Positions 42,204 to 58,298 of a stretch of 64,000 nucleotides of DNA are shown here, in pieces. Each line of letters opens with the position of its first letter. Position 1 is the stretch's first letter. The stretch lies in assembly GCF_009914755.1 (NCBI RefSeq), contig NC_060940.1. One strand, given 5' to 3'. The stretch is from the human T2T-CHM13v2.0 reference genome, Homo sapiens. The notes beneath the pieces were generated by a model, which was not told where the DNA came from, did not search any database, and saw nothing but the letters and a program-made list of their open reading frames with translations. A program made the translations under genes and the position numbers.

Positions 42204-45200
42204 TCAAGTGCATTCGATGATATCATTCGATTCCATTTGATGATAATTCCATTTGATTCCATGCGATGATTCTATTCGATTCCATTCAATGATAATTCCA
42301 TTCAATTCAGTGATTCCTCTGGACTCCATTTGATGATGATTCCATTCAATGATTCCATTCGATTCTATTCGAAAATGATTCCATTTGAATCCATTTGATG
42401 ATGATTCCATTAGATTCCATTTGATGATTCCATTCGATTCCATTCGACGATGATTCCATTCGATTCCGTTTGATGATTCCATTCTATTCTATTCGATGAT
42501 GATTCCATTCGATTCCATTCGATGATGATTGGATTCGATTCCATTTGATGATTTCATTTGATTCCATTCGTTAATGATTTCGATCAATTCCATTCGATGA
42601 TTCCATTCGATTCCATTCGATAATGATTACATCCGAGTCCATTCGATGATTCCCTTTGAGCCTGTTCGATAATTCCATTTGAGTCCAACCAATGATTCCA
42701 TTCATTTCCATTCAATGATTCCATTCGAGTCCATTTGATCATTCCGGTAGGGTCCATTCGATGTTGATTCCATTGGAGTGCATTCGATGATTCCATTCGA
42801 GTCCATTTTAGGATTTGATTCGAGTCCTTTCGATGATTCCATTCGATTCCACTCGATGATGATTTCATTCGAGTCCATTCGACACTTCCAATCGATTCCA
42901 TTTGATGATTCCATTCGAGTCCAATTGATGATTCCATTCAATTCCATTCGATGATGATTCCGTACGATTCCATTCTGTGATGATTCCATGTGATTGCATT
43001 CAATGATGATTCCTTTCGATTGCATTCGATTATGATTCATTTCGTGTTCATTCTATGGTTCCACAGGTTTCCATTCGTGTCCATTCCATTATTCCATTCT
43101 ATTCCATTTGATGATGATTCCATTCGATTCCATTCATTGGTGATTCCACTCAATTCCATTCAATGATTCCATTCCATTTCTTTCAACAATGATTCCATTA
43201 GTTTCTAATCGATGATCCACTTGATTCCATTTGACGACGATTCCATTCTTGTCCATTCGATGATTCCATTTGATTCCATATGATGATGATTCCATTCGAT
43301 TCCATACCATGATGATTCCATTCGAGTCCATTCAATGGTGATTCCATTCAATTCCATTCGATGATTCCTTTTGATTCCATTCGATGATGATGGCATTCGA
43401 TTCCTTTCAATCATTCCCTTTGATTCCATTCAAAGGTGATTTCATTCAAGTCCATTCGATAATTGCATTCGATTCCATTCTATGATGATTCCATTCGAGT
43501 CCATTTGATGATTCCATTCAATTCAAGTCAATGATGATTCCATTCGATTCCAATCAATGATTCCATTGGATTCCATTCGATGATGATTCCATTCAAATCC
43601 ATTCGATAATTCAATTCAAGTCCATTCGATGATGATTCCAATCGAATCCATTCAAAGATTCCATTCAGTTCCATTCGATGATTCCCTTAGATTCCATTCG
43701 ATGATTCCACTTGATTGCATTTACGATGATTCCATTCGATTCCATGTGATGATTCCATTCAATTCTATTCAATGATGTCTCCATTTGATTCCATTCGACC
43801 ATGATTGCCTTTGATTCCATTCAATGATTCCATTCGGTTCCGTTTGATGATGATTCCGTTCGATTCCATTTGATGATTCCATTTGATTCCATTGGATGAG
43901 TCCATTCGATTACATTCGATGATTATTCCATTCGAGTGCATTAGATGATTCCATTCGAGTCCATTCGATGATTCCATTCGATTCCATTCGATGTTGATTC
44001 TGTTCAAATCCATTCGATGATTCCACTCGATTCCATTCGTTGACTCCATTTGATCCCATTCGATGATTTCCTTTGATTCCCTTTGATGATCATTCCATTT
44101 GATTCAATTCGGTGATTTCATTTGATTCCATTCAGTGATGTTTCCATTCGACTCCATTCGATGATGATTCCATTCGACTCCATTCGATTATGATTTCATT
44201 CAATTCCATTCGATAATGATTCCCTTCGAGTCCATTCGATGATTCCATTCGATTCCATTCAACGATGATTTGATTCGTGTCCATTCGATGATTCCATTTG
44301 ATTCCACTTGATGATGATTCCATTCGAGTCCATTTGATGATTCCATTCAATTCCATACTCCGATGATTTCTTTTGAGCCCACTCAATGCTTCCACTCGAT
44401 TCCATATGATGATGACTCCATTCGATGAAATTCGATGATGATTCCATTCGCTTGCTTTCGATGATGATTCCACTTGAGTCCGTTAGAAGATTCTATTCAA
44501 TTACATTCCATGACGATTCCGTTCGAGTCCATTTGATGATTCCATTAGACTCCATTCGACGATGATTCCATTCGATGTTATTCGATGATTCCATTCGATC
44601 TCATTCGATGATGATTCCATTCAACTCCATTCGATGTTTCCATTCGAGTTCATTCTATTATTCCATTAGATTCCATTCGATGATGATTCCATTCGATTCC
44701 ATTTGATGATTGCATTCTATTTCATTTGATGATGATTCCATTCGAGTCCACTCGATGATTCCATTCGAGTCCATTTAATGAATCCATTGGTTTCAATTCT
44801 ATGATGATTACATTGGATTCCATTCGTTGATGATTTCATTCGGTTCCATTCAATGATGATTCCATTCAATTCCTTTCAATGTTTCCATTCAATTCCATAC
44901 GATGATGATTCCATTTGATTTGATTCGACAGTGAGCCATTCGATTCAATTCCATGATGATTCTATTTGATTCAATTGGTTGACATTTCCATTCGATTCCA
45001 TTCGATGATGATTCCCTTTGATTCCGTTCAAAAATGATTCCATTCTAGCCCATTCAATCATTCCATTCGATTCTATTCAATGATGATTCCATTCATGTCG
45101 ATTTGGTGATTCCATTTGACTTCATTTGATGATGATTCCTTTCAAGTTCATTAGATGATTCCATTCGATTCCATTTGATGATGATCCCATTCGAGTCCAT

Positions 45201-48200
45201 TCAGTGATTCCATTCGTTTCCATTCCATGATGATTCCATTCCTTTCCATTCAATGATTCCATTCGATTCCGTTTGATGATGATTTCATTCGAGTCCATTT
45301 GATGATTCCATTTGATTCCATTCGATGATGATTCCATTCGAGTCCATTCGATGATTCTATTCGAATCCATTTGATGATTTCTTTTGATTATATTTGGTGA
45401 TGATTCCATTGGAGTCCATTCAATGATTCCATTCTATTCCAATCGATGATGATTCCATTAGAGTCCATTTAATGATTCCATTTTATTCCAGTCTCTGATG
45501 ATTACATTCGAGTCCATACGATGATTCCACTCAATTCCATATGATGATGATTCCATTTGATTCCATTCGGTGATTCCATTCTATTCTATTCAATGGTGAT
45601 TCCATTCGAGTACATTAGATGATTCCATTCGATTCCATTCAATGATGATTCTATTTGTGTCCCTTAGATGATTCCACATGATTCCATTAGATGATGATAC
45701 TATTTGAGCCCATCCAATGATTCCCTTCGATTCCATTCGATGAGGATTCCATTCGATTCAATTCATTGGTGATTCTATTCAATTCAATTCTTTGATTCCA
45801 TTCCATTCCATTCGACAATGATTCCATTCGATTTCTTTCGATGATTCCACTCGATTCCACTTGATATTGATTCCATTCGATTCCATTCAATGATTCCATT
45901 TGATTCCAGTGGATGATGATTGCCATCGATTCCATTCGATCACTCCATTCTATTCCATTTGATGATGATTACATTCGATTCCATTTGATGATTCCATCTG
46001 ATTCTATTCGAGGATTCCATTTGATTCCATTCGATGATGATTCCATTCGAGTCCATTCGATGATTTCATTCGAGTACATCCAATGATTCCATTCGAGTCC
46101 ATTAGATGATTCCATTTGATTCCATTTGAAAATGATTCTACTAGAGTCCATTCAATGACTCCATTCGAGTCCATTCAACAATTCCATTCGACTCCATTCG
46201 ATGATTCCATTCGATTCCATTTGATGGTTCCATTCGAGTCCATTTAATCATTACAGTCGAGTCCATTTGGTGATTCCACTGGATTTCTTTTGATAATGAT
46301 ACCATTCAATTACATTTGATGATGATCCCATTCAATTTCATTTGATGATGATTCCATTAGAGTCCATTCGATGATTTCATTCGTGTCCCTTCATTGATTC
46401 CATCCGATTTCATTGGATGATGACTCCATTCGAGTCCATTCGATGATTCCACTCGATTCCATTAGATGACTCCATTGGAGTCCATTTGATTGTTCCATTC
46501 GATTCCATTCGATTCCTTTCGAAGATTATTCCATTTGAGTCCATTCGATGATGATTCCATTCCATTCCATTCGATGATTCCGTTTGATTCCATTCGATGA
46601 TTCCCTTCGATTCCTTTCTTTGATGATTCCATTCCATTCCATTCAATGATTCCATTCGAATCTATTCCATGATGATTCCTTTCGATTCCATTCGCTGATG
46701 TTTCCGTTCAATTCCATTCGATGATGATTCCATTCGATTCCATTCATTGAGGATTCCATTTGATTCCATTCAATGATGATTCCATTCTATTCCATTCAAT
46801 GATTGCATTCAATTCCATTCAATGATTATCCCCTTAGAGTAAACTCAACGATTCCATTCAATACCATTCGATGATGATTCCTTTTGAGTCCATTCAATGA
46901 TTTCATTCAAGTCCATTTGATGATTCCTTTCAATTCCATTCTATGATGATTCCATTCGAGTCCATTCGATGATTCCATTCGATTGCATTCGATGATTCCA
47001 TTATATTCCATTCAACGGTGATTCCATTCGAGTCCATTCCATGATTGCATTAGAGTACATTTAATGATTGCTTTGTTTTCAATTCGAAGATGATTACATT
47101 GGATTCCATTCTATGATACCATTCGATTCCATTCAATGATGATTCCACTCAAATCCATTGGATGATTCCATTCGTGTCCATTCGGTGATTTCATTAGATT
47201 CCATTCGAGGATGATTCCATTCGATTCCATTCGATGATTCCATTCAATTCCATTCGATGATGATTCCATTCCAGTCCATATGATCATTCCATTTGATTTC
47301 ATTCGATGATGATTCCATTCGATTCCATTCGATGATTCCATTCTATTCCATTCGATGATGATTCCATTCGAGTCCATTCGATCATTCCATTCGAGTCCAT
47401 TTAATGATTCCATTGGGTTCAATTCAATGATGATTACATTGGATTCCGTTCTATGATTCCATTCAATTCCGTTCATTGACAATTTGATTCCATTCGATGA
47501 TGATTCCATTTGAGTTCATTCGATGATTCTATTCGATTCTCTTCGATGGTGATTCAATTCTATTATATTGGATGATTCCATTCGATTCCATTTGATGTTG
47601 ATTCAATTCGATTCTATTCGATGATGATTCCATTGGATTTCACTTGATGATTCTATTCGATTCCATTCAATGATGATTCACTTCTCGTCCATTGGATGAT
47701 TCCATTTCATTCCATTCGATGATGATTCCATTCGATTCCATTCGATGATTCCATTTGATTCCATGCGACGGTGAGCAATTCGATTCAATTCCATGATGAT
47801 TCTATTTGATTCAATTAGATGATGTTTCCATTCGAATCCATTCCATGATTATTCCATTGGAATCCATTCGGCGATGATTCCATATGAGTCAATTCAATGA
47901 TGATTCCATATGGGTCCGTTCGATGATAATTCCATTTGATTTCATTCGATGCTTCTATTCTATTCCAGTCGATGATGATTCCGTTGGAGTCCATACGATG
48001 ATTCCATTTGATTACATTTGATGATGATTCCATTCGATGATGATTACATTGGATTCCATTCTATGATTCCATTCAATTCCATTCGTTGATGATTCGATTC
48101 CATTCAATGATGATTCCATTTGAGTTCATTCGATGATTCTATTCGATTCCGTTCGATGGTGATTCAATTCTATTATATTGGATGATTCCACTCGATTCCA

Positions 48201-48315
48201 TTTGATGATTATTCCATTGGAGTCCACTTAGTGAATCTTTTAGATTCTACTCGACGATGATTCCATTCGAGTCCATTCGATGATACCATTCAATTCCATT
48301 CGTTGATGCTTCCAT
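42204..48315 (+). repeat. Second complete 6,112-bp unit
   Basis: Landmarks 42204/48316, 40999/47111 and 42584/48696 all differ by 6112, with the same motif order as 11451-17562. Confidence 0.92.
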
Positions 48316-50477
48316 TCAACTGCATTCGATGATATCATTCGATTCCATTTGATGATAATTCCATTTGATTCCATGCGATGATTCTATTCGATTCCATTCA
48401 ATGATAATTCCATTCAATTCAGTGATTCCTCTGGACTCCATTTGATGATGATTCCATTCAATGATTCCATTCGATTCTATTCGAAAATGATTCCATTTGA
48501 ATCCATTTGATGATGATTCCATTAGATTCCATTTGATGATTCCATTCGATTCCATTCGACGATGATTCCATTCGATTCCGTTTGATGATTCCATTCTATT
48601 CTATTCGATGATGATTCCATTCGATTCCATTCGATGATGATTGGATTCGATTCCATTTGATGATTTCATTTGATTCCATTCGTTAATGATTTCGATCAAT
48701 TCCATTCGATGATTCCATTCGATTCCATTCGATAATGATTACATCCGAGTCCATTCGATGATTCCCTTTGAGCCTGTTCGATAATTCCATTTGAGTCCAA
48801 CCAATGATTCCATTCATTTCCATTCAATGATTCCATTCGAGTCCATTTGATCATTCCGGTACGGTCCATTCGATGTTGATTCCATTGGAGTGCATTCGAT
48901 GATTCCATTCGAGTCCATTTTAGGATTTGATTCGAGTCCTTTCGATGATTCCATTCGATTCCACTCGATGATGATTTCATTCGAGTCCATTCGACACTTC
49001 CAATCGATTCCATTTGATGTTTCCATTCGAGTCCAATTGATGATTCCATTCAATTCCATTCGATGATGATTCCGTACGATTCCATTCTGTGATGATTCCA
49101 TGTGATTGCATTCCATGATGATTCCTTTCGATTGCATTCGATTATGATTCATTTCGTGTTCATTCTATGGTTCCACAGGTTTCCATTCGATGACGTTTCC
49201 GTTCGTGTCCATTCCATTATTCCATTCTATTTCATTTGATGATGATTCCATTCGATTCCATTCATTGGTGATTCCACTCAATTCCATTCAATGATTCCAT
49301 TCCATTTCTTTCAACAATGATTCCATTAGTTTCTATTCGATGATCCACTTGATTCCATTTGGCGATGATTCCATTCGTGTCCATTCGATGATTCCCTTTG
49401 ATTCCATATGATGATGATTCCATTCGATTCCATACCATGATGATTCCATTCGAGTCCATTCAATGGTGATTCCATTCAATTCCATTCGATGATTCCTTCC
49501 GATTCCATTCGATGATGATGGCATTCGATTCCTTTCAATCATTCCCTTTGATTCCATTCAAAGGTGATTTCATTCAAGTCCATTCGATAATTGCATTCGA
49601 TTCCATTCTATGATGATTCCATTCGAGTCCATTTGATGATTCCATTCAATTCAAGTCAATGATGATTCCATTCAATTCCACTCGATGATTCCATTGGATT
49701 CCATTCGATGATGATTCCATTCAAATCCATTCGATAATTCAATTCAAGTCCATTCGATGATGATTCCAATCGAATCCATTCAAAGATTCCATTCAATTCC
49801 ATTCGATGATGATTCCCTTAGATTCCATTCGATGATTCCACTTGATTCCATTTACGATGATTCCATTCGATTCCATGTGATGAATCCATTCAATTCTATT
49901 CAATGATGTTTCCATTTGATTCCATTGGACCATGATTGCCTTTGATTCCATTCAATGATTCCATTCGGTTCCATTTGATGATGATTCCGTTCGATTCCAT
50001 TTCATTATTCCATTTGATTCCATTGGATGAGTCCATTCGATTACATTCGATGATTATTCCATTCGAGTGCATTAGATGATTGCATTCGAGTCCATTCGAT
50101 GATTCCATTCGATTCCATTCGATGTTGATTCTGTTCAAATCCATTCGATGATTCCACTCGATTCCAATCGATAACTCCATTTCATCCCATTCGATGATTT
50201 CCTGTGATTCCCTTTGATGATCATTCTATTTGATTCAATTCGGTGATTTCATTTCATTCCATTCAGTGATGTTTCCATTCGACTGTATTCGATGATGATT
50301 CCATTCGACTCCATTCGATTATGATTTCATTCAATTCCATTCAATAATGATTCCCTTCGAGTCCATTCGATGATTCCATTCGATTCCATTCAACGATGAT
50401 TTGATTCGTTTCCATTCGATGATTCCATTTGATTCCACTTGATGATGATTCCATTCGAGTCCATTTGATGATTCCAT

Positions 50478-52310
50478 TCGAGTCTATTTATGTATTATAT
50501 TCGTGTCCACTTCATGATTCCATTCAATTCCATTTAATGTTGATTCCATTTGATTCCATTTGATGATTCAGTTCGATTCCTTGCAATGATTCCCTACGAT
50601 TCCTTTCTCTGATGATTCCATTCGATTCCATTCATTGATGATTTCATTCGACTCCATTCGATGATGATTCCTTTCGATTCCATTTGACGATGTTTCCATT
50701 CGAGTCCATTCGATGATGATTCTATTCAATTCTGTTCTATTATGATTCCATTCGATTTCATTCAATGCTTCTATTTGATTCCATTCGATGATGATTCCAT
50801 CTCTTTCCCTTCGATGATTCCATTTGATTCCATTCACTGATGATTCCATTTGATTCCATCTGATGATGATTTCACTTGATTCCTTTCAATGATGATGCAA
50901 TTCAAGTCCATTCGATGATTCCATTGGAGTCCAAACGATCATTCCGTTCGATTCCATTCAATGGTGATTCCATTCATGTCCATTCGATGAATCCATTCAA
51001 TTCCATTCGATGATGACTCCATTCGAGTACATTCGATGATTCCATTTGATTCCATTTGAAGATGATTCCATTCAATTCCATTCGAAGATGATTCCATTCA
51101 ATTCCATTCGATGATGATTCCGTATGAATCCATTCTCTGATTATTCCATTCGATTCCATTCATTGACGATTCCATTCAATTCCATTCAATGATGATTCTC
51201 TTCTATTCCATTCGATGATTCCGGTCGATTCCATTCGATGATGATTCCATTAGATTCCATTCGATTGTTGCATTCGATTCCCTTCGATGATGATTCCTTT
51301 GAATTCCATTCGATTATCATTCCGTATGAATCCATTTGATGATTATTCCATTGGATTCCTTTCGATGATGATTCCATTTGATTCCATTTGATGATGTTTC
51401 TCTTGTATTCCATTGGATAATTCCTTTCAGTTCCCTTCGATGATTATTCTTTCGAGTCAATTCGATGATTCTATTCCATTCCCTTCGATGATGATTCCAT
51501 TTCACTCCATTTCATGATTCCATTCGACTCAATTTGGTGATGATTCAATTCGATGACATTCGATGACTCCATTCAATTTCATTTGATGATGATTACATTC
51601 GAGTCCATTTGATGATTGTATTCCTTTCCTTTTGATGATTATTCCATTCGTGTCTATTCAAAGGTTCCATTCTATTCCATTCAATGATGATTGCATTTGA
51701 TTCCATTCAATGATTATGGCTATCGATTCCACTCGTTGATTCCATTTGATTCTGTTCGATGATTATTCCGTTAGATTCCATTAGAAGATTCCATTCGATT
51801 TTATTCAATGATTCCAATGGATTCCATTCAATGATGATTCCATTCGACTCCATTCAGTGATTCCATTCGAGTCCATTTGATGATTCCATTCTTTTCCATT
51901 TGATGATGATTCCATTAGGGTCCATTCAATGATTCCATTCGAGTCCATTCGTTAATGCCTTTCGAGTCCTTTTGATCACTACATTCGAGTCCATTCAATG
52001 ATTCTATTCGATTCCATTCCATGATGATTCCATTCGAGTTCATTCGATGATTGCATTCGAGTCCATTTGATGATTCCATATGAATCCCTTCGACAATGAT
52101 TCCATTCGTGTCCATTTGATGATTCCATTCATTTCCTATCGATGAAGATTCCATTCAAGTGTATTCGATGATTCCATTCAAATCCATTCGATGATGATTC
52201 CATTCCAGTCCATTCGATCATTCCACTTGATTCCATTTGATGACTATTCCATTCAAATCCATTTGATGATTCCATTCGATTCCATTCGATGTTACCATTC
52301 GAGTATATAC
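50478..52310 (+). repeat. Block X, copy 2
   Basis: Same unique motifs and ORFs (50568, 50974, 51186, 51915), offset exactly 31,043 from copy 1. Confidence 0.85.
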
Positions 52311-52445
52311 GATGATTCCACTCGATTCCATTTGATGATTATTCCATTGGAGTCCACTTAGTGAATCCTTTAGATTCTACTGGAAGATGATTCCATTCGA
52401 GTCCATTCGATGATACCATTCAATTCCATTCGTTGATGCTTCCAT

Positions 52446-55400
52446 TCAAGTGCATTCGATGATATCATTCGATTCCATTTGATGATAATTCCATTTGATT
52501 CCATGCGATGATTCTATTCGATTCCATTCAATGATAATTCCATTCAATTCAGTGATTCCTCTGGACTCCATTTGATGATGATTCCATTCAATGCTTCCAT
52601 TCGATTCTATTCGAAAATGATTCCATTTGAATCCATTTGATGATGATTCCACTGGATTCCATTTGATGATTCCATTCGATTCCATTCGATGATGATTCCA
52701 TTCGATTCCTTTTGATGAATCCATTTTATTGTATTCGATGATGATTCCATTCGATTCCATTCGATGATGATTGGATTCGATTCCATTTGATGATTTCATT
52801 TGATTCCATTCGATAATGATTTCGATCAATTCCATTCGATGATTCCATTCGATTCCATTCGATAATGATTACATCCGAGTCCATTCGATGATTCCATTTG
52901 AGCCCGTTCGATAATTCCATTTGAGTCCAATCAATGATTCCATTGATTTCCATTCAGTGATTCCATTCGAGTCCATTTGATCATTCCGGTAGGGTCCGTT
53001 CGATGTTGATTCCATTGGAGTGCATTCGATGATTCCATTCGAGTCCATTTTAGGATTTGATTCGAGTCCTTTCGATGATTCCATTCGATTCCACTCGATG
53101 ATTTCATTCGAGTCCATTCGACACTTCCAATCGATTCCATTTGATGTTTCCATTCGATTCCAATTGATGATTCCATTCAATTCCATTCGATGATGATTCC
53201 GTACGATTCCATTCTGTGATGATTCCATGTGATTGCATTCAATGATGATTCCTTTCGATTGCATTCGATTATGATTCATTTCGTGTTCATTCTATGGTTC
53301 CACAGGTTTCCATTCGATGATGTTTCCATTCGTGTCCATTCCATTATTCCATTCTATTCCATTTGAAGATGATTCCATTCGATTCCATTCATTGGTGATT
53401 CCACTCAATTCCATTCAGTGATTCCATTCCATTTCTTTCAACAATGATTCCATTAGTTTCTATTCGATGATCCACTTGATTCCATTTGACGATGATTCCA
53501 TTCGTGTCCATTCGATGATTCCATTTGATTCCATATGATGATGATTCCATTCGATTCCATACGATGATGATTCCATTCGAGTCCATTCAATGGTGATTCC
53601 ATTCAATTCCATTCGATGATTCCTTTCGATTCCATTCAATGATGATGGCATTCGATTCCTTTCGATCATTCCCTTTGATTCCATTCAAAGGTGATTTCAT
53701 TCAAGTCCATTCGATAATTGCATTCGATTCCATTCTATGATGATTCCATTCGAGTCCATTTGATGATTCCATTCAATTCAAGTCAATGATGATTCCATTC
53801 GATTCCACTCGATGATTCCATTGGATTCCATTCGATGATGATTCCATTCAAATCCATTCGATAATTCAATTCAAGTCCATTCGATGATGATTCCAATCGA
53901 ATCCATTCAAAGATTCCACTCAATTCCATTCGATGATGATTCCCTTAGTTTCCATTCGATGATTCCACTTGATTCCATTTACGATGATTCCATTCGATTC
54001 CATGTGATGATTCCATTCAATTCTATTCAATGATGTTTCCACTTGATTCCATTCGAACATGATTGCCTTTGATTCCATTCAATGATTCCATACGGTTCCA
54101 TTTGATGATGATTCCATTCGAGTGCATTAGATGATTCCATTCGAGTCCATTCGATGATTCCATTCGATTCCATTCGATGTTGATTCTGTTCAAATCAATT
54201 TGATGATTCCACTCGATTCCATTCGATGACTCCATTTGATCCCATTCGATGATTTCCTTTGATTCCCTTTGATGATCATTCCATTTGATTCAATTCGGTG
54301 ATTTCATTTGATTCCATTCAGTGATGTTTCCATTCAACTCCTTTCGATGATGATTCCATTCGACTCCATTCGATTATGATTTCATTCAATTCCATTCGAT
54401 AATGATTCCCTTCAAGTCCATTCGATGATTCCATTCGATTCCATTCAACGGTGATTTGATTCGTGTCCATTCGATGATTCCATTTGATTCCATTTGATGA
54501 TGATTCCATTCGAGTCCCTTTGATGATTCCATTCAATTCCATTCTCCGATGATTTCTTTTGAGCCCATTCAATGCTTCCACTCGATTCCATATGATGATG
54601 ACTCCATTTGATGAAATTCCATGATGATTCCATTCGCTTGCATTCGATGATGATTCCACTTGAGTCCGTTAGAAGATTCTATTCAATTACATTCCATGAC
54701 GATTCTGTTCGAGTCCATTTGATGATTCCATTAGACTCCATTCGACGATGATTCCATTCGATGTTATTCGATGATGATTCCATTCAACTCCATTCGATGT
54801 TTCCATTCGAGTTCATTCTATTATTCCATTAGATTCCATTCGATGATGATTCCATTCGATTCCATTTGATGATTGCATTCTATTTCATTTGATGATGATT
54901 CCATTCGAGTCCATTCGATGATTCCATTCGAGTCCATTTAATGAATCCATTGGTTTCAATTCTATGATGATTACATTGGATTCCATTCGTTGATGATTTC
55001 ATTCGATTCCATTCAATGATGATTCCATTCAATTCCATTCAATGATTCCATTCAATTCCATACGATGATGATTCCATTTGATTTGATTCGACAGTGAGCC
55101 ATTCGATTCAATTCCATGATGATTGTATTTGATTCAATTGGTTGACATTTCCATTCGATTCCATTCGATGATGATTCCCTTTGATTCCGTTCAAAGATGA
55201 TTCCATTCTAGCCCATTCAATCATTCCATTCGATTCTATTCAATGATGATTCCATTCATGTCGATTTGGTGATTCCATTTGACTTCATTTGATGATGATT
55301 CCTTTCAAGTTCATTAGATGATTCCATTCGATTCCATTTGATGATGATCCCATTCGAGTCCATTTGATGATTCCACTCGTTTCCATTCCATGATGATTCC

Positions 55401-58298
55401 ATTCCATTCCATTCAATGATTCCATTCGATTCCGTTTGATGATGATTTCATTCGAGTCCATTTGATGATTCCATTTGATTCCATTCGATGATGATTACAT
55501 TCGAGTCCATACGATGATTCCACTCAATTCCATATGATGATGATTCCATTCGATTCCATTCGATGATTCCATTCTATTCTATTCAATGGTGATTCCATTC
55601 GAGTACATTAGATGATTCCATTCGATTCCATTCAATGATGATTCTATTTGTGTCCCTTAGATGGTTCCACATGATTCCATTTCATGATGATACTATTTGA
55701 GCCCATCCAATGATTCTCTTCGATTCCATTCGATGAGGATTCCATTTGATTCAATTCATTGGTGATTCTATTCAATTCAATTCTTTGGTTCCATTCCATT
55801 CCATTCGACAATGATTCCATTCGATTTCTTTCGATGATTCCTCTCGATTCCACTTGACATTGATTCCATTCGATTCCATTCAATGATTCCGTTTGATTCC
55901 AGTGGATGATGATTGCCATCGCTTCCATTCGATCACTCCATTCTATTCCATTTGATGATGATTACATTCGATTCCATTTGATGATTCCATCTGATTCTAT
56001 TCGAGGATTCCATTTGATTCCATTCGATGATGATTCCATTCGAGTGCATTCGATGATTTCATTCGTGTACATCCAATGATTCCATTCGAGTCCATTTGAT
56101 GATTCCATTTGATTCCATTTGATTATGATTCTACTAGAGTCCATTCAATGACTCCATTCGAATCCATTCAACAATTCCATTCGAGGCCATTCGATGATTC
56201 CATTTGATGGTTCCATTCGAGTCCATTTAATCATTACAGTCGAGTCCATTTGGTGATTCCACTGGATTTCTTTTGATAATGATACCATTCAATTACATTT
56301 GATGATTATCCCATTCAATTTCATTTGATGGTGATTCCATTAGAGTCCATTCGATGATTTCATTCGAGTCCCTTCATTGATTCCATCCGATTTCATTGGA
56401 TGATGACTCCATTCGAGTCCATTCGATGATTCCACTCGATTCCATTAGATGGTTCCATTGGAGTCCATTTGATTGTTCCATTCGATTCTATTCGATTCCT
56501 TTCGAAGATTATTCCATTTGAGTCCATTCGATGATGATTCCATTCCATTCCATTCGATGATTCCGTTTGATTCCATTCGATGATTCCCTTCGATTCCATT
56601 CTTTGATGATTCCATTCCATTCCATTCAATGATTCCATTCGAATCTATTCCATGATGATTCCTTTCGATTCCATTCGCTGATGTTTCCGTTCAATTCCAT
56701 TCGATGATGATTCCATTCGATTCCATTCATTGAGGATTCCATTTGATTCCATTCAATGATGATTCCATTCTATTCCATTCAATGATTGCATTCAATTCCA
56801 TTCAATGATTATCCCATTAGAGTAAACTCAACGATTCCATTCAATACCATTCGATGATGATTCCTTTTGAGTCCATTCAATGATTTCATTCAAGTCCATT
56901 TGATGATTCCTTTCAATTCCATTCTATGATGATTCCATTCGAGTCCATTCGATGATTCCATTCGATTGCATTCGATGATTCCATTATATTCCATTCAACG
57001 ATGATTCCATTCGAGTCCATTCGATGATTCCATTAGAGTACATTTAATGATTGCTTTGTTTTCAATTCGAAGATGATTACATTGGATTCCATTCTATGAT
57101 ACCATTCGATTCCATTCAATGATGATTCCACTCAAATCCATTGGATGATTCCATTCGTGTCCATTCGGTGATTTCATTAGATTCCATTCGAGGATGATTC
57201 CATTCGATTCCATTCGATGATTCCATTCAATTCCATTCGATGATGATTCCATTCCAGTCCATATGATCATTCCATTTGATTTCATTCGATGATGATTCCA
57301 TTCGATTCCATTCGATGATTCCATTCTATTCCATTCGATGATGATTCCATTCGAGTCCATTCGATGATTCCATTCGAGTCCATTTAATGATTCCATTGGG
57401 TTCAATTCAATGATGATTACATTGGATTCCGTTCTATGATTCCATTCAATTCCGTTCATTGACAATTTGATTCCATTCGATGATGATTCCATTTGAGTTC
57501 ATTCGATGATTCTATTCGATTCTCTTCGATGGTGATTCAATTCTATTATATTGGATGATTCCATTCGATTCCATTTGATGTTGATTCAATTCGATTCTAT
57601 TCGATGATGATTCCATTGGATTTCACTTGATGATTCTATTCGATTCCATTCAATGATGATTCACTTCTCGTCCATTGGATGATTCCATTTCATTCCATTG
57701 GATGATGATTCCATTCGATTCCATTCGATGATTCCATTTGATTCCATGCGTCGGTGAGCAATTCGATTCAATTCCATGATGATTCTATTTGATTCAATTA
57801 GATGATGTTTCCATTCGAATCCATTCCATGATTATTCCATTGGAATCCATTCGGCGATGATTCCATATGAGTCAATTCAATGATGATTCCATATGGGTCC
57901 GTTCGATGATAATTCCATTTGATTTCATTCGGTGCTTCTATTCAATTCCAGTCGATGATGATTCCGTTGGAGTCCATACGATGATTCCATTTGATTTCAT
58001 TTGATGATGATTCCATTCGATGATGATTACATTGGATTCCATTCTATGATTCCATTCAATTCCATTCGTTGATGATTCGATTCCATTCAATGATGATTCT
58101 ATTTGAGTTCATTCGATGATTCTATTCGATTCCGTTCGATGGTGATTCAATTCTCTTATATTGGATGAATCCACTCGATTCCATTTGATGATTATTCCAT
58201 TGGAGTCCACTTAGTGAATCCTTCAGATTCTACTCGAAGATGATTCCATTCAAGTCCATTCGATGATACCATTCAATTCCATTCGTTGATGCTTCCAT
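52446..58298 (+). repeat. 5,853-bp variant unit, copy 2
   Basis: Landmark spacing 52446 to 58299 = 5853, with the same indels and private SNPs as 21403-27255. Confidence 0.85.
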